Shown piece by piece: positions 39,794 through 48,016 of a stretch of 64,000 nt of DNA; positions within the stretch are counted from its first letter, which is position 1; the number at the start of each line of letters is the position of its first letter. The stretch spans positions 9,421 to 73,420 of the forward strand of contig CALVOZ010000002.1 of assembly GCA_944350495.1 (NCBI GenBank). The letters run 5' to 3'. The stretch comes from an uncultured Bacilli bacterium. GTDB taxonomy: Bacteria > Bacillota_I > Bacilli_A > RF39 > UBA660. A program made the translations under genes and the position numbers. Below the pieces are notes generated by a model, which ran no database searches, was not told the DNA's origin, and saw only the letters and a list, made by a program, of their open reading frames with translations.

Positions 39794-39928
39794 AGTGGTA
39801 CGATTTTCGGTCCATAAGTATTAATAATATATTTATATATATATTTTAATTAGTATATATATCTATATACTTCTGGACTGATTTTCGGTCCACTAACTAT
39901 GTTTTAGTGGTACGATTTTCGGTCCACT
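39794..39928. repeat. three iteron-like repeats (GATTTTCGGTCCACT core) flanking an AT-rich (TA)n tract
   Basis: Copies at 39794..39814, 39873..39894 and 39906..39928; AT-only stretch 39826..39870. Confidence 0.6.
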
Positions 39929-40071
39929 AAAAATTTGATTTTTTTCTCCGTATTTTGTATAATCTAGTTGTAAGATTTTTTTGTAAATTTTATAGTGATT
40001 TAGTTGTTGCACCAACTAAGTCTTTTTTTGTATTTAAATAGTCATTTTTTGATGTTTTTTGCGTTTTAGTA

Positions 40072-40287
40072 TTATTGCTCATTACATACATAAAACTCGT
40101 CTCCTGTGCTTGTATAAGCTAATTTTATGCCATATCCTTGACTAGCACATCTTTCAGATACTCTCTCAATATGTTTTTTTTCTTCTATGTCTAGCATGAT
40201 AATTGACCAAATTAATACGATTAAAATTACTACTGGAATTAATGCAATAAAAACATAATCCCATTTTATTCTTCTTCTTTTTTTCAT
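40072..40287 (-). CDS. small membrane protein
   Basis: ORF with one TM. Confidence 0.3.
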   Translation of the reverse strand: MKKRRRIKWDYVFIALIPVVILIVLIWSIIMLDIEEKKHIERVSERCASQGYGIKLAYTSTGDEFYVCNEQ

Positions 40288-40288
40288 T

Positions 40289-40552
40289 CTATTCTCCTCT
40301 GATATCAGAAATTTTCTTTAGATATTTAATATCAATATTTAAATAATCAACCACTTCTTTGCTTGGAACTAATCCTGCTGGCAAAAAATAATTTTGATCT
40401 TTTTCTTTGATTTTTAGTTCAATTTCATTTTTAATATAACTTGCTTTTGTATATCCGACACAGGCTATATCTTTTATATCTTTGGTAGTTAGCCATTGAT
40501 TTTCTAAAATCTTTAATATTTCATTTGCAGATAACCTTTTTACAATTCTCAT
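40289..40552 (-). CDS. hypothetical phage protein
   Basis: ORF only. Confidence 0.3.
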   Translation of the reverse strand: MRIVKRLSANEILKILENQWLTTKDIKDIACVGYTKASYIKNEIELKIKEKDQNYFLPAGLVPSKEVVDYLNIDIKYLKKISDIRGE

Positions 40553-40620
40553 ATAAACTCCTTTCTGTTCATTTGGTGGTTTGGTGTGTTATAATCACCT
40601 TAGAAAGTGAGGTGATTTTA

Positions 40621-40851
40621 TTGGCTAATCAACATGTTATTCCTAATCCTAATGGTGGTTGGGATGTTAAAGGTGAAGGCAATTCTAGAGCAACAAAACA
40701 TACTGATACACAACGAGAAGCTATTGACGTTGCAAAAGATATTGCGCGAAAACAACATTCAGAAGCTATTATTCACGGCCGTGATGGTAGAATTCGTGAT
40801 AAAGATTCTTATGGTAATGATCCTATGCCACCTAAAGATAGAATACATTAA
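40621..40851 (+). CDS. DUF2188-family small protein
   Basis: TTG start with RBS GTGAGGTGA; extended -10 TGTGTTATAAT upstream; HVIPNPNGGWDVKGEGNSRATKH...EAIIHGRDGRIRDKDSYGNDP matches my recollection of DUF2188; hairpin terminator after the stop. Confidence 0.55.
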   Translation: MANQHVIPNPNGGWDVKGEGNSRATKHTDTQREAIDVAKDIARKQHSEAIIHGRDGRIRDKDSYGNDPMPPKDRIH

Positions 40852-40870
40852 ATTTTGACTAGACTTTGTT

Positions 40871-41029
40871 CTAGTCTTTTTCAAGTGGTATTGGTTTAAC
40901 TTTAATAATATACGGTTTTATACATTTCACATCATATTGAGTTATCGTAGCTATTATTTCGCTAGTTTCTTCATTTTCAATTGTTATGTATTCTATTTCA
41001 TCATTTAAGATTTCTATTTTTTCTTTCAT
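40871..41029 (-). CDS. small acidic hypothetical protein (52 aa)
   Basis: GGAGGTAG RBS 5 nt upstream of the ATG. Confidence 0.3.
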   Translation of the reverse strand: MKEKIEILNDEIEYITIENEETSEIIATITQYDVKCIKPYIIKVKPIPLEKD

Positions 41030-41038
41030 TTCTACCTC

Positions 41039-41281
41039 CTATTTCTTTATTTTTTTGATTACGGTTTTGCCGTAATTATTGGGTAAAAAAATAATATCGT
41101 CATATTGAAGACCAGTTGCGCTTAAAATGTTTTCAACAATTGGAACATCCGGAAACGTTTTATAATTTTCATAATTATTAATAGTATCAACGCTAACACC
41201 ATATAATTTACTTGCTTCTTCTCTGGACCATCCCTTATTTATTCTGATGGCTTTCAAAGTAAATTTATTTTTTCTTTCCAT
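41039..41281 (-). CDS. Cro-like XRE-family HTH regulator
   Basis: 80 aa; HTH WSREEASKLYGVSVDTINNYENYK; divergent from the cI-like gene. Confidence 0.6.
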   Translation of the reverse strand: MERKNKFTLKAIRINKGWSREEASKLYGVSVDTINNYENYKTFPDVPIVENILSATGLQYDDIIFLPNNYGKTVIKKIKK

Positions 41282-41308
41282 GTTTACCTCCTTACAAATC
41301 CAATATAC

Positions 41309-41353
41309 TACGGTTTAACCGTATTGTCAAGAACTTTTTACGGTTTTTTCGTT
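41309..41353. promoter_or_regulatory. operator sites TACGG-N5-CCGTA in the cro/cI divergent promoter region
   Basis: Perfect site 41309..41323; imperfect site 41339..41353; third perfect site 41060..41074 inside the cro 3' end. Confidence 0.5.
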
Positions 41354-41424
41354 GTTTTTTGCTTTTTTTATTGCTTTTTTTACTTTTTTATCGTATTATT
41401 GATATAGAAGAAGGAGGTCATTGT

Positions 41425-41784
41425 ATGAGTAGCGATTTAGGAAATAAGGAAATATTTGCTAAAAATCTTAAATATTATATGGAATACTATAACAAAGATA
41501 GAAATGATATTTGTGAAGCTTTAAGTATTCCATACACAACATTTACAGATTGGTATAATGCTGTAACTTACCCACGAATTGACAAAATTGAATTGTTAGC
41601 AAATTACTTTAACATTCAAAAATCTGATTTAATAGAAAACAAGTATAAAAGTTCTTATGATGAACTCGAATTGTTATTTCAAAAGCATAAAGATATTTTA
41701 ACTGATGATGATAAAGAGTATATAAAATTTATCATAGAAAAAAGAAAAAAAGAAATTGATAAACAATTAGGAGAAGAAAATTAA
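41425..41784 (+). CDS. cI-like XRE-family repressor
   Basis: ATG at 41425 with GAAGGAGG RBS; HTH NDICEALSIPYTTFTDWYNAVTYPRIDKIELLANYFNIQ. Confidence 0.65.
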   Translation: MSSDLGNKEIFAKNLKYYMEYYNKDRNDICEALSIPYTTFTDWYNAVTYPRIDKIELLANYFNIQKSDLIENKYKSSYDELELLFQKHKDILTDDDKEYIKFIIEKRKKEIDKQLGEEN

Positions 41785-41825
41785 AAGTATGCTAGTATAG
41801 GTACTTCGAAATAAAGGAGTAAGCT

Positions 41826-42143
41826 ATGGGGATTATTGATTTATTAAAAAAGAATATTACACAACAAGAATTACTTAATTATTATAATGCTACAATTACG
41901 TATACTGAATTACCATCTAAGATAGATGGTTTTGTATATCAATATAAAGGCATATTCAACATATTCGTAAAAAAGAGTTTGTCTTATTACAAAAAAAGAA
42001 AAACTATATTACATGAATTAGCTCATATTGAATTATGCCATTTAGAGCAAGCTAACAAAGATTTATTCGCTTTCTTTATGAACAAATATGAAGATGAAGC
42101 TGACGCTTATATTAAGTTTTTGTTAGAAAGCAAAATTGATTAA
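41826..42143 (+). CDS. ImmA/IrrE-family metallopeptidase (anti-repressor protease)
   Basis: HELAHIELCH HEXXH motif; directly downstream of the XRE repressor. Confidence 0.6.
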   Translation: MGIIDLLKKNITQQELLNYYNATITYTELPSKIDGFVYQYKGIFNIFVKKSLSYYKKRKTILHELAHIELCHLEQANKDLFAFFMNKYEDEADAYIKFLLESKID

Positions 42144-42196
42144 AAATGCGCTAGTACAGGTATTTTTAATATAGAAGCATGATTGGAGGTGGAATA

Positions 42197-42706
42197 ATGA
42201 AAAAAATTTTAAGTGTTTTATTAGTTTCTATTTTATTAGTTACTTTAACAGCTTGCGGTAGTGAAGAAAAAGTAAAAGAATCTGATTCTAATAAAAATGA
42301 TGCAGGTGCAATGACACAGGAAGATATCAACGATAGAATATATGATTCAGCAATGGAACTAACTTCAATTTGGAATGATTATGTTACTAATATCAGAGAT
42401 TATGCTGCAACAGGAAAAGATAGTATTGGTCAAGAACTAGATATCGAATTTTTAATTGAAAACTTTAAAATTGACTATGCTAAATTAAGTGATACAAAAG
42501 AATTTGTTAACTCATTAGATAGCGAACACGAGCAATTTAAAAATGCTTACAATAAAGCAATGGAACAACTTGATATTATTTATAATAGTGCAATTACTGA
42601 AACACCAAAGCCAAATGAAGAATTAAGTTATAATCAAAACATTGAATTATTTAAACAATATTTTGATGTTGTATACAATTATGCTATCGAATTAGCATTT
42701 GAATAA
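42197..42706 (+). CDS. lipoprotein (possible superinfection exclusion)
   Basis: GGAGGTGG RBS; lipobox LTAC|G. Confidence 0.45.
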   Translation: MKKILSVLLVSILLVTLTACGSEEKVKESDSNKNDAGAMTQEDINDRIYDSAMELTSIWNDYVTNIRDYAATGKDSIGQELDIEFLIENFKIDYAKLSDTKEFVNSLDSEHEQFKNAYNKAMEQLDIIYNSAITETPKPNEELSYNQNIELFKQYFDVVYNYAIELAFE

Positions 42707-42862
42707 AAAAAGTTAGCGCTGTAACGCTAACTCAATATGAAAAACCACCAAACCACCACGTTTGAACAAAAAAGAATACAATGAAACTAATTTGTATTGG
42801 CTTTTCGTGTACTATTATATCACGAAAACCTATACAAAATCAAGGAAGGAATAGGTGATATT

Positions 42863-43963
42863 ATGGCTGTATATCAAGAAAAAGATAAAAGTAAATGGAC
42901 TAAAGACGGTAGATCATGGTATTATGTTTGCTATTATAAAGATATCTATGGTGAAAATAAAAGAAAAAAATCAAAATCATTCTTACTAAAAAAGGAGGCA
43001 TTACAAGCAGAAAGAGAATTTTTAAATTCCATAAAAGATGTTCCTTTAAAAAGTAATATGACTATTGGAAATTTAAAAGATGATTATTTAAAATATAAAA
43101 AAGAAAATGTTCGAATAAGTTCCTACGAATCCACAAAAGTAGCGCTTAAACATATTGATATATTAGAAAAAATATATATTGACGAATTGAATATTAATCA
43201 CATTCAAAATTGGAAAAAATATATTAATGAAAAAAATCTTGCTACCGGATACAAAAACACAATTTATAAAAATTTACGAGCAATGCTAAATTATGGAAAC
43301 AAAATGTATGACCTTAACATAAATATATTAAACAAAATGACAAATTTCACTAATCCAAATGAAGTAAAAAAAGAAATGCTATTTTACACCAAAGAAGAAT
43401 TTGATAATTTTATTTCTTATGAATCTGACTTAAAATGGATATGTTTCTTTTCTGCTCTATTCTACTGTGGCCTTCGCCAAGGTGAAGCATTAGCACTAAA
43501 TTGGAATGATATAAATTTTGAAAATAATACAATTAGAATTAATAAAAGCTTGGCTAATCGTGTAAAAGGTTCAAAATTTCTCATATTACCGCCGAAAACA
43601 CGTGGAAGCAATAGAACTATACCGATTCCACTATCTCTAGCTAAAAATCTTAAAACAAGATATAATGAACAAAAAACATATACAAATTTTTCTAACGATT
43701 GGTTCATTTTTGGAGATATATTTCCATTAGCAACCACAACGATTCAAAAAAGAAGAGATAAACTAGTCGCTTTATCTGGAGTAAAAAGAATTAGAATACA
43801 TGATTTTAGACATAGTTGTGCATCTCTTTTAATTAGCAAAGGTGCAAATATAACTTTAATAGCTAAATATCTAGGACATGATGATGTTTCAACAACCTTG
43901 AACACATACTCACACTTTTACAAGAATGATTTAAGCAACTTAATTGAAAGTGTAGATTTATAA
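42863..43963 (+). CDS. int: tyrosine integrase
   Basis: RBS AAGGAAGG upstream of ATG 42863; HDFRHSCAS (HxxR) and LNTYSH catalytic Tyr; adjacent to attR and tRNA. Confidence 0.85.
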   Translation: MAVYQEKDKSKWTKDGRSWYYVCYYKDIYGENKRKKSKSFLLKKEALQAEREFLNSIKDVPLKSNMTIGNLKDDYLKYKKENVRISSYESTKVALKHIDILEKIYIDELNINHIQNWKKYINEKNLATGYKNTIYKNLRAMLNYGNKMYDLNINILNKMTNFTNPNEVKKEMLFYTKEEFDNFISYESDLKWICFFSALFYCGLRQGEALALNWNDINFENNTIRINKSLANRVKGSKFLILPPKTRGSNRTIPIPLSLAKNLKTRYNEQKTYTNFSNDWFIFGDIFPLATTTIQKRRDKLVALSGVKRIRIHDFRHSCASLLISKGANITLIAKYLGHDDVSTTLNTYSHFYKNDLSNLIESVDL

Positions 43964-43975
43964 AAGGAGGGAAAA

Positions 43976-43997
43976 AGTACGTAATTAGTACGTAAAA
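43976..43997. repeat. putative integrase arm-type site, copy 2
   Basis: Identical to 8093..8114. Confidence 0.5.
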
Positions 43998-44012
43998 AGA
44001 TTAAAACAAAAT

Positions 44013-44064
44013 AAAAACCGTTGAATATCAACGGTTAATAATCTTAATGGTGGAGAATAAGGGA
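44013..44064. repeat. attR core (52 bp), overlapping the tRNA-Ala 3' end and its terminator
   Basis: Identical to 7935..7986. Confidence 0.8.
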
Positions 44065-44124
44065 TTCGAACCCTTGACCCCTTGCGTGCAAGGCAAGTGC
44101 TCTAGCCAGCTGAGCTAATTCCCC
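44048..44124 (-). tRNA. tRNA-Ala (anticodon UGC)
   Basis: Manual fold of the 77-nt reverse complement: G3:U70 in the acceptor stem, anticodon loop CTTGCAC, T-arm GGTTCGAATCC, encoded CCA. Confidence 0.85.
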
Positions 44125-44202
44125 AAAACAAGTTAAATTCAAGATTACGAGAATAATTATATCTAATTAAATTTAACTTGTCAATACATAAAATTAACTT
44201 TT

Positions 44203-44622
44203 TTAATAAATTTCGTCGCATACGCCTGGTTTTGGTTCATAAAAACAATGTTTTTTATAACTGCCTGCAAATGGTTGCTCATACCAAGTATTTCTACAGC
44301 CCCCACTGGTTGCGTAAAACCAAAGTGAATTAGTAGCAGGATAATAATATTCCCCTTTTATAACACGATCAGCTAATTGCTTTTCTTTAGTTGTTGGAGA
44401 TGCATAAAATAAAGAACTATTTATCCCACTAAAACCTCCAGGATTTTGATATATAACTTTATACAATGAAGTAGCATCTTTAAATGTATAACAATCAGCT
44501 AATACCCGATTAACAGTAACATTACCAACCATTAACATTCCAAGATCACCTTCACCTAATGCTTCCGCCCGCATTAATCGTGCTAATAAGTCCCTTTCCT
44601 TAGTCGTATATCTTATAATCAC
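44203..44622 (-). CDS. SleB-like cell-wall hydrolase
   Basis: LLARLMRAEALGEG...VGNVTVNRV matches the hydrolase_2 (SleB) signature. Confidence 0.65.
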   Translation of the reverse strand: MIIRYTTKERDLLARLMRAEALGEGDLGMLMVGNVTVNRVLADCYTFKDATSLYKVIYQNPGGFSGINSSLFYASPTTKEKQLADRVIKGEYYYPATNSLWFYATSGGCRNTWYEQPFAGSYKKHCFYEPKPGVCDEIY

Positions 44623-44700
44623 AATATCACCATTATATTATATGATTTTCTTCTTGAATATTTAAAACTATTGTGTTATAATCAAGTAGTCAACCAAACT

Positions 44701-44774
44701 AGGGGTGTAGTTAAATGGTATAATAACGGTCTCCAAAACCGCTGTTGGGAGTTCGATTCTCTCCACCCCTGCCA
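44701..44774 (+). tRNA. tRNA-Trp (anticodon CCA)
   Basis: Manual fold: acceptor AGGGGTG/CACCCCT, anticodon loop CTCCAAA, T-arm GGGAGTTCGATTCTCTC, encoded CCA; extended -10 TGTGTTATAAT upstream. Confidence 0.8.
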
Positions 44775-44913
44775 TTTGAAAATAACACGAACTTTTACTA
44801 CTTTGTAGGAGGGTTTGCTGTCAATATAAAAATAGATTATAAGAAATAAAAAGGGCTAGTATAGACTTTGAAAAAGTTTTATACTGCCTTTTTTTAGTAG
44901 TAGGTGAAGTAAA

Positions 44914-46698
44914 ATGGATATGATCAAAAGTATTGAAATTAACAAAGTAAAAGGTATTAATAATTTAAAATTGGAATTAAATTTAATTCCTAATAAACCT
45001 AGTATTTTTGTAGCTCCTAATGGATTTGGGAAAAGTTCTATAGCAATGGCTTTTGATAGCTTAACATCGAATAAGTTAAATATATCAAAAGAAAATTTAC
45101 ATAATTCTAAAGAATATTCAGATAGTTTTATAAAGATTATAGAAACAACAGATAAAACTGAAAATGAATTAATTGCAAATATCTCTACTAATACTATAAG
45201 CAATAAATTTGATGTACAGGTTATTAATAACAAAGTTACAACAGAAGCAAAACTAATGAATATAAATGGTTTTAGTATAGCAAAAGCCAATATGGTAGTC
45301 AAAGATATAATATTAATAAATAATATTCCAGAAAAAAAGAGTTTAAAATATTCCGTAACTAAATTTAGAGATAGATATAAAGTAAATAAATATATCATTC
45401 CTAATTTTGAAAGATTTGTTTCTTCAAAAAATTTCATAATAAATTTATTCAAATGTAAAAAGAATTTAGAAAAAATTTTAAGTAAAAAAAGAGTTAAAAA
45501 ATATATACAGGAATTAGAAGAAGATTTTCAAAAAAAAATTATTAAACAAAGTGATTTTTTTAAGGAATATGATAATTTTGAATTAATAAATAAAATATTA
45601 GAAGATGCTGATATTCAAAATATAATAATATTATATAATAAATTATTTTTATCTTTAAACGAATTAGAAAAAGTAATATATGTAATTCAAATAATAAATA
45701 TTTATAAAAATAATAAAGAAGATTTTATAAAAATTTATAAACGTGCAGTATATGAAAAAAGAAAAGAAAGTTTAGAATACCTGATATCGTCAATAGATAC
45801 AAAAAAACGTATAGTTACCATAACAGAACAAAAAGGCAAGTTAATTATAAAATTAGTTAAAGCAAATATGATTTCAAATGGGGAAATTGACTTATTATGC
45901 TTTCTTATATATTTAGAAAAAATTAAATATTCAGAAATTCACAAGGATTTAATTTTAATTATTGATGAAGTATTTGATTATTTAGATGATGCTAATATTA
46001 TTATAGTACAAAAATATATATCTTTGTTTATTGCCAGTTTTTCATCATCAAATAGAAAAATTTATCCGATTATTATGACACATTTAGACCCTAATGTTTT
46101 TAAAAATTACTACTTCTCCAAAATGAAAGTATATTATTTAAATGATTTTCATATCAACATAGATAATGAAGTGAAAAAAATTATTACCGATAGAAAAAGT
46201 TTTATGGATGATAATAATATTGACTATATAGGTAAATATTATCTACATTATCACAATGAAAAATGTGAATTAATGGAATTGTTTAAAAAGCATAATATGA
46301 GTAATAAATATGATACATCCGAAAAATTTAGATTAAAAGCGGATGAAGAAATGAAAAAGTATCTAAACAATGAAAATTGTGATTATTTATTAACATTATG
46401 CTCATTAAGAATTAACATCGAAGAATACATTTATAATAAATTAGATATTAAGTATAGAGATGCATTTTTAGAGGAAAAAATGACAGTAAATAAAATAGTT
46501 TATGCAGAAAATGTTGGATTAGAAATACCAGAAAATTTTCAATTGCTTTCAGTTTTGTACAATGATTTTATGCACCTAGATAAATCTGCAGACCCTCAAA
46601 ACAAAAAAATATTATTTTTATCATCTAAACTAGATAATATATTTATAAAGGATTTAATAAAAAGTACGATTACTATAATAAACAAACAAGATATGTAA
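44914..46698 (+). CDS. RecF/SMC-like (AAA_21-type) ATPase with uncharacterised C-terminal domain, in an AT-rich islet
   Basis: N-terminal IEINKVKGINNLKLELNLIPNKPSIFVAPNGFGKSS (Walker A); Walker B LILIIDEV; TH switch IIMTH; about 200 aa of unassigned C-terminus. Confidence 0.55.
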   Translation: MDMIKSIEINKVKGINNLKLELNLIPNKPSIFVAPNGFGKSSIAMAFDSLTSNKLNISKENLHNSKEYSDSFIKIIETTDKTENELIANISTNTISNKFDVQVINNKVTTEAKLMNINGFSIAKANMVVKDIILINNIPEKKSLKYSVTKFRDRYKVNKYIIPNFERFVSSKNFIINLFKCKKNLEKILSKKRVKKYIQELEEDFQKKIIKQSDFFKEYDNFELINKILEDADIQNIIILYNKLFLSLNELEKVIYVIQIINIYKNNKEDFIKIYKRAVYEKRKESLEYLISSIDTKKRIVTITEQKGKLIIKLVKANMISNGEIDLLCFLIYLEKIKYSEIHKDLILIIDEVFDYLDDANIIIVQKYISLFIASFSSSNRKIYPIIMTHLDPNVFKNYYFSKMKVYYLNDFHINIDNEVKKIITDRKSFMDDNNIDYIGKYYLHYHNEKCELMELFKKHNMSNKYDTSEKFRLKADEEMKKYLNNENCDYLLTLCSLRINIEEYIYNKLDIKYRDAFLEEKMTVNKIVYAENVGLEIPENFQLLSVLYNDFMHLDKSADPQNKKILFLSSKLDNIFIKDLIKSTITIINKQDM

Positions 46699-46723
46699 AA
46701 AAAATAGTATCAAATTGCTGATA

Positions 46724-46921
46724 CTATTTTTTATTGTTTTTATTTTTCTTTAATTCTTTGAACTCTAAATTGTTTAACGCATAATTGAGGCATTGATTTA
46801 TAAGTTCATTACGGCTTATATCAATTTTAGATGCAATCTTATCTATTTCTTGAACTTTGTAATTTTCAAGTCTAATTGATATTACAACTTTTTCGCTTTT
46901 TGATGGTTGAAATTTAATCAT
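46724..46921 (-). CDS. ribbon-helix-helix (CopG/Arc-like) DNA-binding protein
   Basis: Start at 46921 with GGAGG RBS; beta-strand KVVISIRLE followed by helices. Confidence 0.45.
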   Translation of the reverse strand: MIKFQPSKSEKVVISIRLENYKVQEIDKIASKIDISRNELINQCLNYALNNLEFKELKKNKNNKK

Positions 46922-47080
46922 ACAATACCTCCATTTCCTAATACAATTGTATTCTTTTTTTACTATTAATAATATATTCAATTTTTGAATACAAATTCAT
47001 TGACTTGGAAAAAATATTATTATATAATTAATATGTCAGCCGATAGCAGTAATGTAGTATATTCAGCTGATGAAGTATCG

Positions 47081-47112
47081 GGACAGCTATTTTAGTGTCC
47101 CTTTTTATTTGA
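47081..47112 (+). terminator. rho-independent terminator
   Basis: GGGACA-gctattttag-TGTCCC followed by TTTTTATTT. Confidence 0.5.
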
Positions 47113-47187
47113 AATGGAGTGTATTTTTATGAAACAATGTAATTGGTGTAAATCTCAAGTTGATAAGGATGCAAAAATATGCCCTAA

Positions 47188-47607
47188 TTGTGGGAAAAAA
47201 AACATAAAAAAGGAATGAAAGCGTCTTTAATATTTTTAGGTATTGTTGTAATATTACTTATACTTGTAATTGTAGCAATCGCTAATCCAACTACTCACGA
47301 TTGTAGTGATGCAAGTGAAATAACATTAAAAGAAGTTCAAGCTAAGATGAGTGAAAATCATCAAAATGCAGAGGCAACATATAATAATAATTACTATATT
47401 TTGAATGGTAAAATATTACATATATATTCAAAAGAAATTGAAATACAGGATTTAGATGGTAGTTATAGTATCTTTGTTAAATTTAACGATGAATTTAAAG
47501 ATAAAATATTAAATTTAAAAGTTGGCGATATAATTAAGTATTGTGGTAAATTAAGTATCTCCTCTGGTTCATATAAAATAAGCAATGCCTGTATAATGAA
47601 TGATTAA
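47188..47607 (+). CDS. membrane-anchored protein; upstream zinc-ribbon coding fragments (47129..) out of frame
   Basis: TM helix then a soluble domain; CNWC and CPNCG zinc-ribbon halves upstream are split by frame changes, suggesting a frameshifted zinc-ribbon-TM protein or a sequencing error. Confidence 0.35.
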   Translation: MWEKKHKKGMKASLIFLGIVVILLILVIVAIANPTTHDCSDASEITLKEVQAKMSENHQNAEATYNNNYYILNGKILHIYSKEIEIQDLDGSYSIFVKFNDEFKDKILNLKVGDIIKYCGKLSISSGSYKISNACIMND

Positions 47608-47635
47608 GTATTAAGTACTAAGTACTTAATCTTTT

Positions 47636-47878
47636 TTATATGTAAATAAAAATGTATTTGTCACAATCATAGTTATTGATAAAATAATTTTCAAGATTAA
47701 TTATATTATCAAAAGTTTTTCCTTTATCTTCAAAATTATTAATTATATATAAATTGTTTTCTTTAATGATGATAAAAACTCCGTGATGCTTTTTTTCTAA
47801 AACCTTTCTTTCTATTTTAGATATTCTTTTTTTTATTTTTATGATATAATAACTAACAAGGAGATGTTTATATGACAA
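47636..47878 (-). CDS. hypothetical protein
   Basis: ORF in an AT-rich islet. Confidence 0.25.
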   Translation of the reverse strand: MSYKHLLVSYYIIKIKKRISKIERKVLEKKHHGVFIIIKENNLYIINNFEDKGKTFDNIINLENYFINNYDCDKYIFIYI

Positions 47879-48016
47879 ATTTAACTGTAAAAAATTGTTG
47901 CTGTTACTTATTTACAAATAAATTTTGTCGTATAAACTCATAACGATTATTTTTAGTTTGTAATAAGACTTTCTTTATAGTTTGAGTTTATATCAAATTA
48001 TATAGGAGGTCTTTTT

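Larger units (their letters stand above)
7987..44012. mobile_element. integrated siphovirus-type prophage, about 36 kb, inserted in tRNA-Ala
   Basis: Bounded by 52-bp direct repeats; integrase and tRNA at right end; complete packaging, head, tail, lysis, replication and lysogeny modules between. Confidence 0.85.

Noticed and set aside
40634-40858. 74-aa alternative-frame plus-strand ORF
   Set aside because: Overlaps the DUF2188 gene in another frame; the DUF2188 frame has the RBS and family-typical sequence.
44203-44622. SleB-like hydrolase as prophage cargo
   Set aside because: It lies outside the att repeats, between two host tRNA genes, so it is treated as chromosomal.
44856-45452. 198-aa minus-strand ORF
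   Set aside because: Antisense to the 5' end of the 594-aa ATPase gene; hydrophobic low-complexity product without an RBS.
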